From an uncultured SAR86 cluster bacterium (GTDB taxonomy: Bacteria > Pseudomonadota > Gammaproteobacteria > Magnimaribacterales > D2472), in contig CABXFU010000004.1 of NCBI GenBank assembly GCA_902511575.1, positions 65,350 through 129,349 of the forward strand: a stretch of DNA of 64,000 bases, written 5' to 3'. Below are positions 19,989 to 30,198 of the stretch, piece after piece; positions within the stretch are counted from its first letter, which is position 1, and the number at the start of each line of letters is the position of its first letter. The notes under the pieces are model-generated. The model was not told the DNA's origin. It was given only the letters and a program-made list of their open reading frames with translations, and made no database searches. The translations under genes were made by a program, and so were the position numbers.

Positions 19989-22508
19989 ATGTTAAATAGA
20001 GCCATTTGGACAGCTTCAAAGCTATCCTTAATAACTGTGTTTGCTGTCAGCTCAATGCTTTCAGTTGATACATTTTCACAAGACAGCGAATTCGTAGAAG
20101 AAGTTGTCAGTATTGGTACTCGTGGCAAGCCTAGATCAGTATCTAGTTCCCCAGTGCCTGTTGATGTTTTAAGTGCAGAAGATATCAGTAAAACTGGTAC
20201 AGACGATTTACTTATGCAGCTTCAAGGTAGCGTTCCTTCATTGAATGTCCACTTGCAGCCTATTAGTGATGCTGCCAGTATGATTCGTCCTGCTAATTTA
20301 AGAGGTTTATCAGCTGACAGTACGTTGATTTTTACAAACGGTAAAAGACGTCATCACGCATCAGTTATTGCATTCCAAGGTGGTGGTGTAAATGATGGAT
20401 CTCAGGGTGCAGATATTTCTGTGATCCCAGCAATTGCATTAAAAAGAGTAGAAGTCCTCAGAGATGGTGCTTCAGCTCAATATGGATCAGATGCTATTGC
20501 AGGTGTAATTAACTTCGTCTTAGATGATATATCAGAAGGCGGAAGTCTTTCATACAAAATGGGTGAATACACTGAAGGTGATGGTGCCACAACTACTATT
20601 GCTGGTAAATATGGTATGCCATTAGGTCAAGATGGATTTGTCACAACGAGTTTCCAAATTAGACAGGCTGATGACACTTCAAGAAGTGAGCAAAGACCTG
20701 ATTGTGCTTCTTTGGTTGCTGGTGGCAATTCAGCGGTTGCAAACCCTTGTCAAATTTGGGGTGCTCCTATAGTTGACGACGATGTTACTTTTTTTATGAA
20801 CTCAGGCGTCACTAATAGCGATGGTTCTGAATCTTATATGTTTGGTAACTATTCTGAAAGAGATGTTGATGGTGGATTCTATTATCGTAATCCAGACGGC
20901 AGAAGTGGGGTTTTCACAATTGGTGATTACAGAGCAGTGGGTAATGTGGACGGAACATGTTCATATGGTACTGGTGCCTCTGGACAAGTGGATCCTTCAA
21001 ATTATGCTGTAAGAGATGCGATTATGGCTGATCCAAGCTGTTTCTTAATTAATGAAATTGCTCCTGGTGGTTATACACCAAGATTCTTGGGTAATATAAC
21101 TGATACATCCCTTACAATTGGTAGAAGAGGTGATATTACAGATGGCTTCCTAAGCGGCCATTCTTATGACTTAAGTGGATCAGTTGGTAGAAATGAAGCT
21201 GACTTTGGTCTTAATAATACTGTAAACCCTTCAATGGGTCCTGATACTCCACGTAATTTCTACACTGGTTCATACATTGAACTGGAAAAAGTTTTCAACT
21301 TTGACCTAACAAGAGTCGTAGATTCTATGACTATTGCATATGGTGCTGAATGGAGAGAGGAAACATTTGAAGTAATTTCTGGTGAAGAAGCTTCCTGGAA
21401 GGCTGGTAAATATGCTCTTCAAGGCTTCAATGTTGGCTCTCATGGATTTGCAGGATTTTCTCCTGATTCTCAAGGTGCCTTCACAAGAAGAAGTTATGGT
21501 TTATATGTTGATTTAGAAAATCAAGTAAGTGATGAGCTTCTTTTGGGTGGTTCATTCAGATACGAGGACTACTCAACATTTGGCGATACAAATGACTTTA
21601 AACTTAATGCAAGATATCAAGTTTCAGAAAATCTAGCATGGCGTGCTTCTACAAGCACAGGTTTCAGAGCTCCAACTCAAGGCCAAGTTAACGTAGTGAA
21701 CACTCAAACAACTCTTGTTGATGGTCAGTTAACTCAGGCTCAAACATTGCCAGGTTTCAAGCTGGGTGCTGGACAATTAAAGCCTGAAGAAGCAACTAAC
21801 ACATCATTTGGTCTTGTTTATGATGCTGGCGATTTATCATTAACAGCTGATTTCTTTGTTATTGAACTTGAAGATAGGGTTGCTCTAACGAGTAATGCTG
21901 CTCCTACAGCTGCACAGGTTGCTGCAATGGGTGCTGCTGGAATCCCTAATCCAGAACTAATTGGCCAAGTAAATTACTTTACTAATGACTTTGATACAGA
22001 AACTACAGGATATGACTTAGTTGCAACTTATAGCACTATGCTATTTGGTGCTGATGCAGACATAAGTGCGGCATGGAATCATACTGAAACAGAAGTCACT
22101 AACTCTGGTGCTGTAACAGGTGCTTCAAAAATTAGACGTCTTGAAGAAGGTCTTCCTGAAGACAGAATGACTATCACTGTTGCTCAAACATGGAGCGATA
22201 GGGTTAGCTCATTTGTTCGTGCAAATATGTATGGTGAGTATTATGCTGTTCATGCTGATTGGTTTGGCACAACTTCAGACGCTGAATGGACTGTTGATGC
22301 ATCAGTGAGCATTGATCTTACAGATAATTTCTATCTTTCAGCGGGTGTTCAAAACTTATTTGATACAGAGGCTCTTAAAATTGATGGTTCAGCTGGTGCT
22401 AAAGGCGAAGGTGTTCCTGGAAATGTGCTTGGAGGAATTTATTATGAAACTTCTCCTTATGGTATCGAAGGCGCTTTCTGGTATGTAAAAGCTGGATACA
22501 ATTTCTAA
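19989..22508 (+). CDS. TonB-dependent receptor (TBDR 2)
   Basis: Signal peptide, plug motifs VEEVVSIGTRGK and RVEVLRDGASAQYGSDAIAGVINFVL, and a C-terminal aromatic residue (...KAGYNF). Confidence 0.9.
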   Translation: MLNRAIWTASKLSLITVFAVSSMLSVDTFSQDSEFVEEVVSIGTRGKPRSVSSSPVPVDVLSAEDISKTGTDDLLMQLQGSVPSLNVHLQPISDAASMIRPANLRGLSADSTLIFTNGKRRHHASVIAFQGGGVNDGSQGADISVIPAIALKRVEVLRDGASAQYGSDAIAGVINFVLDDISEGGSLSYKMGEYTEGDGATTTIAGKYGMPLGQDGFVTTSFQIRQADDTSRSEQRPDCASLVAGGNSAVANPCQIWGAPIVDDDVTFFMNSGVTNSDGSESYMFGNYSERDVDGGFYYRNPDGRSGVFTIGDYRAVGNVDGTCSYGTGASGQVDPSNYAVRDAIMADPSCFLINEIAPGGYTPRFLGNITDTSLTIGRRGDITDGFLSGHSYDLSGSVGRNEADFGLNNTVNPSMGPDTPRNFYTGSYIELEKVFNFDLTRVVDSMTIAYGAEWREETFEVISGEEASWKAGKYALQGFNVGSHGFAGFSPDSQGAFTRRSYGLYVDLENQVSDELLLGGSFRYEDYSTFGDTNDFKLNARYQVSENLAWRASTSTGFRAPTQGQVNVVNTQTTLVDGQLTQAQTLPGFKLGAGQLKPEEATNTSFGLVYDAGDLSLTADFFVIELEDRVALTSNAAPTAAQVAAMGAAGIPNPELIGQVNYFTNDFDTETTGYDLVATYSTMLFGADADISAAWNHTETEVTNSGAVTGASKIRRLEEGLPEDRMTITVAQTWSDRVSSFVRANMYGEYYAVHADWFGTTSDAEWTVDASVSIDLTDNFYLSAGVQNLFDTEALKIDGSAGAKGEGVPGNVLGGIYYETSPYGIEGAFWYVKAGYNF

Positions 22509-22524
22509 GACAGGTTTTTAAATT

Positions 22525-22556
22525 AAAAAAGGGTGCTTAATAGCACCCTTTTTTTT
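22525..22556. terminator. Bidirectional rho-independent terminator
   Basis: AAAAAA-GGGTGCT-TAAT-AGCACCC-TTTTTTTT lies between convergent genes. Confidence 0.85.
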
Positions 22557-22568
22557 GCAAGAAAATTA

Positions 22569-23219
22569 TTATCTTGATATTGAGGCTATGCAATAAAGGC
22601 CTAATGAAACTGCTGGACCAACTCCAAAGGCAAAGATTACAGTTGCAAGACCAATTGTTCCACCCAGCATCCAACCAACAGAAATAACAGTTATCTCTAA
22701 AAACACTCTTACCCAAGCAATTGGCAGATTGGTTGCTCTTTGGCAGCCAGTCATTAGACCATCTCTAGGGCCTGGGCCTAGATTTGCTATTAAATATATA
22801 CCACTTGCAATACCAACCACTAATGTCCCTAGTATGGCCTGTAATATTTGCATTGCATAAGTTTCTGGGTGGGGAAGGTAAGGTAGAGACCATTCAATAA
22901 CTGCCGCAATAATAATTACATTTAATATTGTTCCAATTCCTGCCTGTTGCTTTAATGGAATCCATAGCAATAGCACTCCAAGACTTATTAAAAAAGTAAG
23001 AGCGCCTATACTCAGCTCAGTTGTTATAGAGAGTCCTTCAGCTAAAACAGTCCATGGACTCATTCCAACTGATGCAGTAATAATAAGTGACTCGCCTAAT
23101 CCAAATAACAATAAACCTAGGCAGAGCATGAAGATTGTAAGTGGTTTAGGTGAAAAATTTAATGGTTTATCTGAACTCCAATGAGTGGCGGGCACAGATC
23201 TTATCGAAAAAATTTTCAT
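22569..23219 (-). CDS. YczE-like (COG2364) integral membrane protein
   Basis: 216 aa. The patterns GESLIITASVGMSPWTV and NLGPGPRDGLM...GWMLGGTIGLATVIFAFGVGP parallel Bacillus YczE (from memory). Confidence 0.6.
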   Translation of the reverse strand: MKIFSIRSVPATHWSSDKPLNFSPKPLTIFMLCLGLLLFGLGESLIITASVGMSPWTVLAEGLSITTELSIGALTFLISLGVLLLWIPLKQQAGIGTILNVIIIAAVIEWSLPYLPHPETYAMQILQAILGTLVVGIASGIYLIANLGPGPRDGLMTGCQRATNLPIAWVRVFLEITVISVGWMLGGTIGLATVIFAFGVGPAVSLGLYCIASISR

Positions 23220-23331
23220 AACTAAACTTTGTTAAATTTTGATTTCGATAGTTTATGTTACGGGATGAGAAAATACTTCTTTATTACTAAAAATAAATCA
23301 GCATCTTGTGAATTCAAATATAATCTTATAA

Positions 23332-23574
23332 ATGAATCAATCAGATATTTCTAGAATTATTGAGATGGCATGGGAGGATAGAACTCCTTTTGATGCTATT
23401 GAAGTCCAGTTTGGCTTGAATGAGAAAGGTGTGAAGCAGTTAATGAAAGATAATTTAAAGTCTTCTTCTTATAAATCATGGAGAAAACGGGTGCAGGGCA
23501 GGTCAACAAAACATTTAGCCAAAAGAAGCTTCAGCGTAGGTCGGCATAAATCTTATGACCAAAATAAATTTTAA
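23332..23574 (+). CDS. DUF2805 / TIGR03643-like small protein
   Basis: 80 aa. IIEMAWEDRTPFDAIEVQFGL.E..V..LM matches my recollection of that family. Confidence 0.6.
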   Translation: MNQSDISRIIEMAWEDRTPFDAIEVQFGLNEKGVKQLMKDNLKSSSYKSWRKRVQGRSTKHLAKRSFSVGRHKSYDQNKF

Positions 23575-23594
23575 TTTTTACTTTAAGGCTTTGA

Positions 23595-24650
23595 TTAATT
23601 CAAACTTGCATTAACTTTTGCAAGCTTATTTGATCCTGGACACAACTCTTTATCAGAAAATTGGTTAAGCGGTGTATCAGCAATATTTAGAATTTCAGCA
23701 TGATCTTTTATTTCAGGGTTTATGTACAATAATCCAGTTAGCACTTTTCCATTTTTCTCAGCCTCGTTTAAGCTTTGTACTGCTAAGCCTTTATCGAGTG
23801 GATTATATTTCTTTGAAAGTTTTTCAAGTGTAAGTATTGCACCATCATGCAAGGGCAGATCGACTTTAGATCCTTCCTTGTAGCTTGTCTTAATTTCTTG
23901 CCCAATTGGAACGAAGTCAAGGCTTGATACGGATTCATTATGCTCTCTTATATGATCATAGCTTTTTGTTGAGCCCACATGATTGTTAAATGTTACACAA
24001 GGAGAAATAATATCTATCAGTGAAAATCCTTTAAATTTCATGGCTGCTTTTAATAGAGGGACTAATTGATCTTTGTCTCCGGAGAAACTTCTTCCAACAA
24101 ACCCGGCTCCAAGTTGAATTGCCATTGCGGCGAGATCAATTGGTGCTAATACATTTTCTTCTCCATATTTACTCTTTGAGCCTTGATCATTAGTTGCAGA
24201 AAATTGACCTTTAGTAAGGCCGTAAGTCCCATTATTTTCAACGATGTAAGTTATATTAAGCTGTCTTCTAGCAGCATGCATAAACTGTCCTATGCCTATT
24301 CCTGCTGTATCACCATCCCCTGAGACTCCTAAATATAGCAAGTCTTGATTTCCAAGGTTGGCTCCCGTTGCGACTGATGGCATCCTGCCATGGACAGAAT
24401 TAAAACCGTGGGCTTGATTTAAAAAATAAGAGGGCGATTTAGATGAGCACCCAATTCCTGAGAGTTTTGCGATTTGATCTGAGGCAAGGCTTAGATCATA
24501 ACAAGCCTCTATCACAGCAGCGCTTATAGAATCATGGCCACATCCAGCACATAAAGTTGAGATAGTTCCCTCATAATCTCTTCTTGTTAATCCAAGAGCA
24601 TTTTTTTCAAGATTTGGATGATGATTAATGGGTTTGACGATATAAGTCAT
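23595..24650 (-). CDS. korB: 2-oxoacid:ferredoxin oxidoreductase, beta (TPP-binding) subunit
   Basis: The TPP motif GVSGDGDTAGIGIGQF...IVENNGTYGLTKGQ and the Cys-rich N-terminus LCAGCGH are present. An ATGA overlap links it to the alpha subunit. Confidence 0.85.
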   Translation of the reverse strand: MTYIVKPINHHPNLEKNALGLTRRDYEGTISTLCAGCGHDSISAAVIEACYDLSLASDQIAKLSGIGCSSKSPSYFLNQAHGFNSVHGRMPSVATGANLGNQDLLYLGVSGDGDTAGIGIGQFMHAARRQLNITYIVENNGTYGLTKGQFSATNDQGSKSKYGEENVLAPIDLAAMAIQLGAGFVGRSFSGDKDQLVPLLKAAMKFKGFSLIDIISPCVTFNNHVGSTKSYDHIREHNESVSSLDFVPIGQEIKTSYKEGSKVDLPLHDGAILTLEKLSKKYNPLDKGLAVQSLNEAEKNGKVLTGLLYINPEIKDHAEILNIADTPLNQFSDKELCPGSNKLAKVNASLN

Positions 24651-26479
24651 ATAATCTCCTCGGCAGTTTTAGAAGTATCTTTATCTGACATAATTTCGAT
24701 GATTGACTCTGAAATAAAATCAGCAGTAATTGGGGCACCATCAAAACATAAAACTGAAATAAATTTTTCTGGATTGATATTTCCTTCCGATAGCATCAGA
24801 GTTTTCATTTGCGCATCTCTATTTTGTTCCACAAGAAAAACAGATTCATGTTGATCTATGAAATCCCACACCTCAGCACTAAAAGGAAAAGACCGTATTC
24901 TCATTGCATCTATTGGAAAGCCTGATGCAGAAAGTTGATCTAGAGACTCTTGCATTGCTGCTTCTGTGCTGCCAAAGTAAATTAATCCTTTTGAACTAGC
25001 ATTAATGTCTTGTTTGAAGATGGGCTTTGGTAAAAATTTATCAGCACCTTCAAATTTTTTTAAAATTCTTGAAAGGTTTCTCGCATTAACCTCACCATCT
25101 TCAACATACCTGGCATATTCATCATGCGAGCTTCCTCGAGTAAAGTAGGCTCCTTTTTCAGGATGAGTACCGGGGAGTGTTCTAAATGGAATACCATCCC
25201 CATCAACATCAAGATATCTGCCCCATGATTCCATCTTATCTAGATCATCTTTAGACAAAACTTTACCCCTATCAAACTCTCTAGCATCATCCCACTCAAA
25301 TTCTGGACACGTCCAATCGTTCATTCCAATATCTAGATCTGATAATACAAAAACAGGGGTTTGAAGGCGGTCAGATATATCAAATGACTCAGCTGCAAAT
25401 TCAAAGCATTCTTTTGGATCAGAAGGAATCAACATCACATGTTTAGTATCCCCATGCGAGGCATAGGCACAAGACAAGATATCTGATTGTTGGGTTCGTG
25501 TTGGCATACCAGTAGAAGGACCACCTCTTTGAATATTAAAAATGACTACTGGAATTTCAGCAAAATAAGCCAAACCAACAAATTCTGTCATGAGTGATAT
25601 TCCAGGGCCGCTTGTTGCTGTAAAAGCTCTTGCACCATTCCAATTTGCGCCAATTGCCATTCCAATTGATGCAAGCTCATCCTCGGCTTGCACAAAGGCA
25701 AATTTATTTTTTCCAGTTTTTTCATCAACCCGAAATTGATCACAATATTTTTTATAAGATTCGGCAAGCGATGTTGATGGAGTAATGGGATACCAAGCAC
25801 ACACAGTTGCTCCACCATAGACACAACCTAATCCGCCGGCATTATTTCCGTTAGTGAGGATCATTCCATCAGTTAAGTTTCTTTGATTAACTTTGATATC
25901 GCAAGCATCAACCAGGTATTTTTTTGCATAATTAAAACCCATCTCTAATGCTTGTACATTAGGCGCAATCAGCTTCTCCTTACCTTTAAATTGTTCTTCA
26001 ATGAGCTCAATAAAAATATCTTTCTTAATACTCATTAAATATGACAAAGCACCAACATATACAAGGTTTTTAAATAATAGTCTTGTTTTAGGGTTTTGGA
26101 ATTCATCAACACATAATGAAGTTAGAGGTACCTCGATAATGTTTATGTCCTCTCTATGAAATTCTCTTTTCCATGAAGAATCATACAAAAGATATCCGCC
26201 GGGATTAATTTCAGCAACATCTTGGATATATGATTGGGGGTTCATTGCAACCATGAAATCGATACCAGCTTTTCGTCCCAGATATCCTTTTTCACTTGCT
26301 CTTATCTCAAACCATGTTGGAAGGCCTTGAATGTTCGATGGAAAAATATTTTTTGGGCTAACAGGAATACCTGATCTAAATATTCCTTTTGCAAACATTT
26401 GATTTGCGCTAGCTGAGCCTGAGCCGTTTACATTAGCAAACTTAATAACAAACTCATTGATTGAGGCAAGTTTACTCAT
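24647..26479 (-). CDS. korA: 2-oxoacid:ferredoxin oxidoreductase, alpha subunit
   Basis: 610 aa. A gamma-like domain (NVNGSGSASANQ) is followed by a pyrimidine-binding domain (AWYPITPSTSLAE...FVQAEDELASIGMAIGA). Confidence 0.85.
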   Translation of the reverse strand: MSKLASINEFVIKFANVNGSGSASANQMFAKGIFRSGIPVSPKNIFPSNIQGLPTWFEIRASEKGYLGRKAGIDFMVAMNPQSYIQDVAEINPGGYLLYDSSWKREFHREDINIIEVPLTSLCVDEFQNPKTRLLFKNLVYVGALSYLMSIKKDIFIELIEEQFKGKEKLIAPNVQALEMGFNYAKKYLVDACDIKVNQRNLTDGMILTNGNNAGGLGCVYGGATVCAWYPITPSTSLAESYKKYCDQFRVDEKTGKNKFAFVQAEDELASIGMAIGANWNGARAFTATSGPGISLMTEFVGLAYFAEIPVVIFNIQRGGPSTGMPTRTQQSDILSCAYASHGDTKHVMLIPSDPKECFEFAAESFDISDRLQTPVFVLSDLDIGMNDWTCPEFEWDDAREFDRGKVLSKDDLDKMESWGRYLDVDGDGIPFRTLPGTHPEKGAYFTRGSSHDEYARYVEDGEVNARNLSRILKKFEGADKFLPKPIFKQDINASSKGLIYFGSTEAAMQESLDQLSASGFPIDAMRIRSFPFSAEVWDFIDQHESVFLVEQNRDAQMKTLMLSEGNINPEKFISVLCFDGAPITADFISESIIEIMSDKDTSKTAEEII

Positions 26480-28479
26480 GAATAGACCTTAGCTTCTTCA
26501 TATAGAAATGTTTGCATGTCCCAAGCACCAGTAGGGCATCTTTCTGCACATAAACCACAATGCAGACAAACATCTTCATCTTTAAACATAGTTCTTTTGG
26601 TTGGTAAGATTTTAGAAACCAATAGATCTTGTTCAATGTTTAAAGCAGGAATTCTAGTATTTTGCCTTACCTCATCTTCAGGACCATTAAACATAAAATT
26701 AATACAGTCTGTAGGGCAAATATCAACACAAGCATCACACTCAATGCACAAACCTTCAGAAAAAACAGTTTGCACATCACAATTCAAGCACCTTTGTGCT
26801 TCTTCCATAGCTAAATTTGCATCAAAGCCTTTCTCAACCTCAATTTTTAAGCTTTTTAGTGCTGTATCTTGATCTGCTTTGGGCACTAGAAATCTTTTGG
26901 CCTGAGAAATATCATTATCATAAGACCACTCATGTAGCCCCATTTTTTGACTTACTAAATTGGTACCAGGAGCTGGTCTATCATTAATATCCTCATCTTG
27001 ACAAAACTTATGAATGGAAATCGCAGCCTGGTGTCCATGGGCTGCAGCCCAGATAATATTTTCAGGCCCCCATGCAGCATCTCCGCCAAAAAAGACCTTT
27101 GGATGAGTTGATTGGAAAGTTGAAGGATTAACAACAGGCATATCCCATTCTCCAAATTCTAGGCCAATATCTCGCTCTATCCACTCAAAGGAATTATCTT
27201 GGCCAATAGCCACTAACACATCATCACACTCAAGAATAACTGGTTCATCACTCGTTGGTACCAGTGATCGATTTCCTTTATCATCGAATACTGCTTCAAC
27301 TTTTTGAAATTCCATGCCAACCAACTTTCCAGCTTCATGAAGAAATTTTTTGGGAACATGATTTTCAAGAATTGGGATGTTTTCTTCCATCGCATCCTCT
27401 ATCTCCCATTCAGATGCTTTCATTTGAGAAAACGGACTTCTGACTACAACCTTTACATCTTCAGCGCCTAATCTTAAAGAGGATCTGCAACAATCCATCG
27501 CAGTGTTACCACCCCCCAGAACAATTACTTTTTTTCCAATAGAATCAATATGCTCAAAGGCAATACTTGTTAAAAAATCTATGCCTATATGAATATTGGC
27601 CTCAGCATCCTCGCGACCATCAATATTTAAATCTTTTCCTTTTGGAGCACCGGTTCCAATAAAAACTGCATCAAAATCTTTTTTTAAGAAATCTTTCAGG
27701 CTAGTGATCTCAGAATTAAATTTTGTTTTTAATCCCATACTAAGGATCTGATCAACCTCAGCATCCAAGACTTCCTCTGGAAGTCTAAATGATGGGATAT
27801 TTGTTCTCATTAAACCGCCTGCCTGCGGATCTTTTTCAAAAAGCGTGCACTCGTATCCCATTACAATAAGATCTCTTGCAACAGTTAGGGATGCCGGTCC
27901 ACCCCCAATGAGGGCAATTTTTTTCCCATTACTTTTATCAGGCGCTTTAGGCAATAAATCTGAAACATCATCTTTAAAATCAGCCGCAACTCTTTTTAGT
28001 CTACATATAGCAACAGGTTTTTCATGAGTTCTTGTTCTTCTACAAGCTGGTTCACAAGGCCTATCGCATGTTCTACCAAGGATTCCAGGGAATACATTCG
28101 ACTCCCAATTAATCATATAGGCTTCGGTATATTCATTTTGAGATATTTTTCTAATGTATTCTGGAACAGGTGTATGAGCTGGGCATGCATACTGACAATC
28201 AACCACTTTATGATAATACTGAGGATCAGATGTATCAGTTACTGGCATAAAAGTTTTGACAGGCGTTTTTCCATTGGACTGTTTGAGGTTTTCCTTGGCT
28301 GCAAATATTTGAGATTTAAAATCTTCTACAACGGCTTCTCTAAGTTTTTGAGCTTCGGATAATTCATGAGTGTGCAAAGAAGTTCTTAGATCAAAACCTA
28401 GGTCTTTTCGAAGATCTTTAGGAACGGCAACTTTTACCCAATAGGTGTTATGTCTTTTGAATAAGTACTTTGTATCCAT
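26476..28479 (-). CDS. GltD-like NAD(P)H Fe-S flavoprotein fused to a C-terminal 2x[4Fe-4S] ferredoxin, with a 77-aa N-terminal extension
   Basis: A Cys cluster (CQYACPAHTPVPEYI...CDRPCEPACRR), two Rossmann motifs (IALIGGGPASL and VIVLGGGNTAMDC), and the motifs CIECDACVDICP and CLHCGLCAERCP. A strong SD (GGAGGGGAG) lies 9 nt upstream of the ATG at 28479. Confidence 0.8.
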   Translation of the reverse strand: MDTKYLFKRHNTYWVKVAVPKDLRKDLGFDLRTSLHTHELSEAQKLREAVVEDFKSQIFAAKENLKQSNGKTPVKTFMPVTDTSDPQYYHKVVDCQYACPAHTPVPEYIRKISQNEYTEAYMINWESNVFPGILGRTCDRPCEPACRRTRTHEKPVAICRLKRVAADFKDDVSDLLPKAPDKSNGKKIALIGGGPASLTVARDLIVMGYECTLFEKDPQAGGLMRTNIPSFRLPEEVLDAEVDQILSMGLKTKFNSEITSLKDFLKKDFDAVFIGTGAPKGKDLNIDGREDAEANIHIGIDFLTSIAFEHIDSIGKKVIVLGGGNTAMDCCRSSLRLGAEDVKVVVRSPFSQMKASEWEIEDAMEENIPILENHVPKKFLHEAGKLVGMEFQKVEAVFDDKGNRSLVPTSDEPVILECDDVLVAIGQDNSFEWIERDIGLEFGEWDMPVVNPSTFQSTHPKVFFGGDAAWGPENIIWAAAHGHQAAISIHKFCQDEDINDRPAPGTNLVSQKMGLHEWSYDNDISQAKRFLVPKADQDTALKSLKIEVEKGFDANLAMEEAQRCLNCDVQTVFSEGLCIECDACVDICPTDCINFMFNGPEDEVRQNTRIPALNIEQDLLVSKILPTKRTMFKDEDVCLHCGLCAERCPTGAWDMQTFLYEEAKVYS

Positions 28480-28657
28480 ATAATTTGGCTCCCCTCCAAA
28501 TTAGCTATAAGGTACAGGAAAAATCCTTTTCTTATAGGAATCACTTAGTTCACCATAAACATATAATAAACAATATGCAACTTAATACCTGAGTGTTTTT
28601 CTTACCTTTAAGTAAGAAATGTTGTGTGCTATAAAATACATATAATTTATCTAAAAA

Positions 28658-28966
28658 ATGCACTTTTCAATCATTTTAAAAATCTGCTTCTTTGTATTGA
28701 TTGGCCTTACTGCCTGTCAAACCAAAGAATTAACTCCGTATGAAAAAGCAAAAAATCCATATGCTCATCTTGGTGTTGAGGGTTATATGGGTGCGGCCAT
28801 GACCTCATGCTTAGGAATGGCACCTAAGGGTCCGCCCATAGTAAGAAGGAAAGATGGCGCAACAGTGATTGCTGATGATCATTCACCCGAACAATCTGGT
28901 TATTTTGATTGTGTTGATCAAGAAATTGCTATGAGCGAAAATCGCATAAAAAAAGATTCAGAATGA
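28658..28966 (+). CDS. Hypothetical lipoprotein
   Basis: Signal peptide with the lipobox LIGLTAC. No recognisable domain. Confidence 0.5.
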   Translation: MHFSIILKICFFVLIGLTACQTKELTPYEKAKNPYAHLGVEGYMGAAMTSCLGMAPKGPPIVRRKDGATVIADDHSPEQSGYFDCVDQEIAMSENRIKKDSE

Positions 28967-28985
28967 TTGAAAGCTTTTTAATTAG

Positions 28986-30140
28986 CTAAATTTTCTCTAA
29001 TCCAAGATTTACTGCCTCCAAAAGATCTTCAGTATTTTCCAATCCAGCAGAAATTCTGATCAAACTTTCTGATATGCCAACTTCTTTTTTTTGATTTGGT
29101 GTAAGATTGCTGTGGGTCATAGTGTATGGATGACTAACTAGACTCTCAAACCCCCCAAGAGATGCTGCCAGTGGAAGGATTTTTATTCCTTTGATAAAAT
29201 TTTTTACTTCTGCCAAACCACCTAATATCTCAAAACTCAGCATTCCACCAAAACCACTTTGTTGTTTTTTTGCTATTGCATGGGACGGATGACTTGTTAA
29301 ACCTGGATAGTAGATCTTATCTATCTTTGGATGTTTTGATAGCAGTTCTACAATTGCTGTAGCATTTTTCTCATGTTTCTCCATTCTGATACTGAGAGTT
29401 CTAAGACCCCTCAAAGTTAAATAACTATCAAATGGTGATCCAGTAATGCCCAAGGCATTTGCCCAGAATTTTAATTTCAATAAAATCTCATGATTATTTG
29501 TTATTAATGCGCCACCAATAACGTCAGAATGACCATTGATATATTTTGTTGTTGAATGCATGACAATATCTGCACCCAGCTTAAGCGGATTTTGTAACGA
29601 TGGAGATAAAAAAGTATTGTCGACTGCTACCAAGGCGTTACAAGCCTTAGCTTCTTTTGATATTTCTTGAATATCTACAGCCTGCAATAAGGGATTGGAT
29701 GGTGTTTCTATCCAAATCAAGTCTGGGTTAATTTCACTGATAGCTTTTTTACAGAAAGATTCTTGACCTTGATCAATAAAATAGGCTTCCAATATTCCTT
29801 TTTCAGCAAGAGATGAGAACAGTCTATGGGTTCCCCCATAACAATCATGAGGAAGAATCACTTTGCTATTATTATTTAAAATATTTGCTACTAGGGTGAT
29901 AGCTGCCATTCCTGAACTTAATATTTCACCACCTACGCCATCTTCTAGATCTGTGAGGGCATTTATCAAGTGATCTCTGCTGGGATTTGTTTCTCTTGTA
30001 TATTCATATTCTTGTTCTTTTCCGAGCTCCTTGTACTCAAAATTTGATGAGAGATATAGAGGGGGAACAATTGATCCATGATGCATGTCAGATCCAATCC
30101 CAGCTTTGGCAGCCATAGTTTCTTTTTTAAATTTTTTCAT
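28986..30140 (-). CDS. Cys/Met-metabolism PLP-dependent enzyme (cystathionine gamma-synthase / beta-lyase family)
   Basis: 384 aa with the PLP-lysine block HSTTKYINGHSDVIGG and the C-terminal LIRISAGLE motif. Confidence 0.8.
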   Translation of the reverse strand: MKKFKKETMAAKAGIGSDMHHGSIVPPLYLSSNFEYKELGKEQEYEYTRETNPSRDHLINALTDLEDGVGGEILSSGMAAITLVANILNNNSKVILPHDCYGGTHRLFSSLAEKGILEAYFIDQGQESFCKKAISEINPDLIWIETPSNPLLQAVDIQEISKEAKACNALVAVDNTFLSPSLQNPLKLGADIVMHSTTKYINGHSDVIGGALITNNHEILLKLKFWANALGITGSPFDSYLTLRGLRTLSIRMEKHEKNATAIVELLSKHPKIDKIYYPGLTSHPSHAIAKKQQSGFGGMLSFEILGGLAEVKNFIKGIKILPLAASLGGFESLVSHPYTMTHSNLTPNQKKEVGISESLIRISAGLENTEDLLEAVNLGLEKI

Positions 30141-30198
30141 ATATTTATTGAAGCATTATTCATCAGACCTTAAAAGTAAATTATGTTATGGTTTTTGA

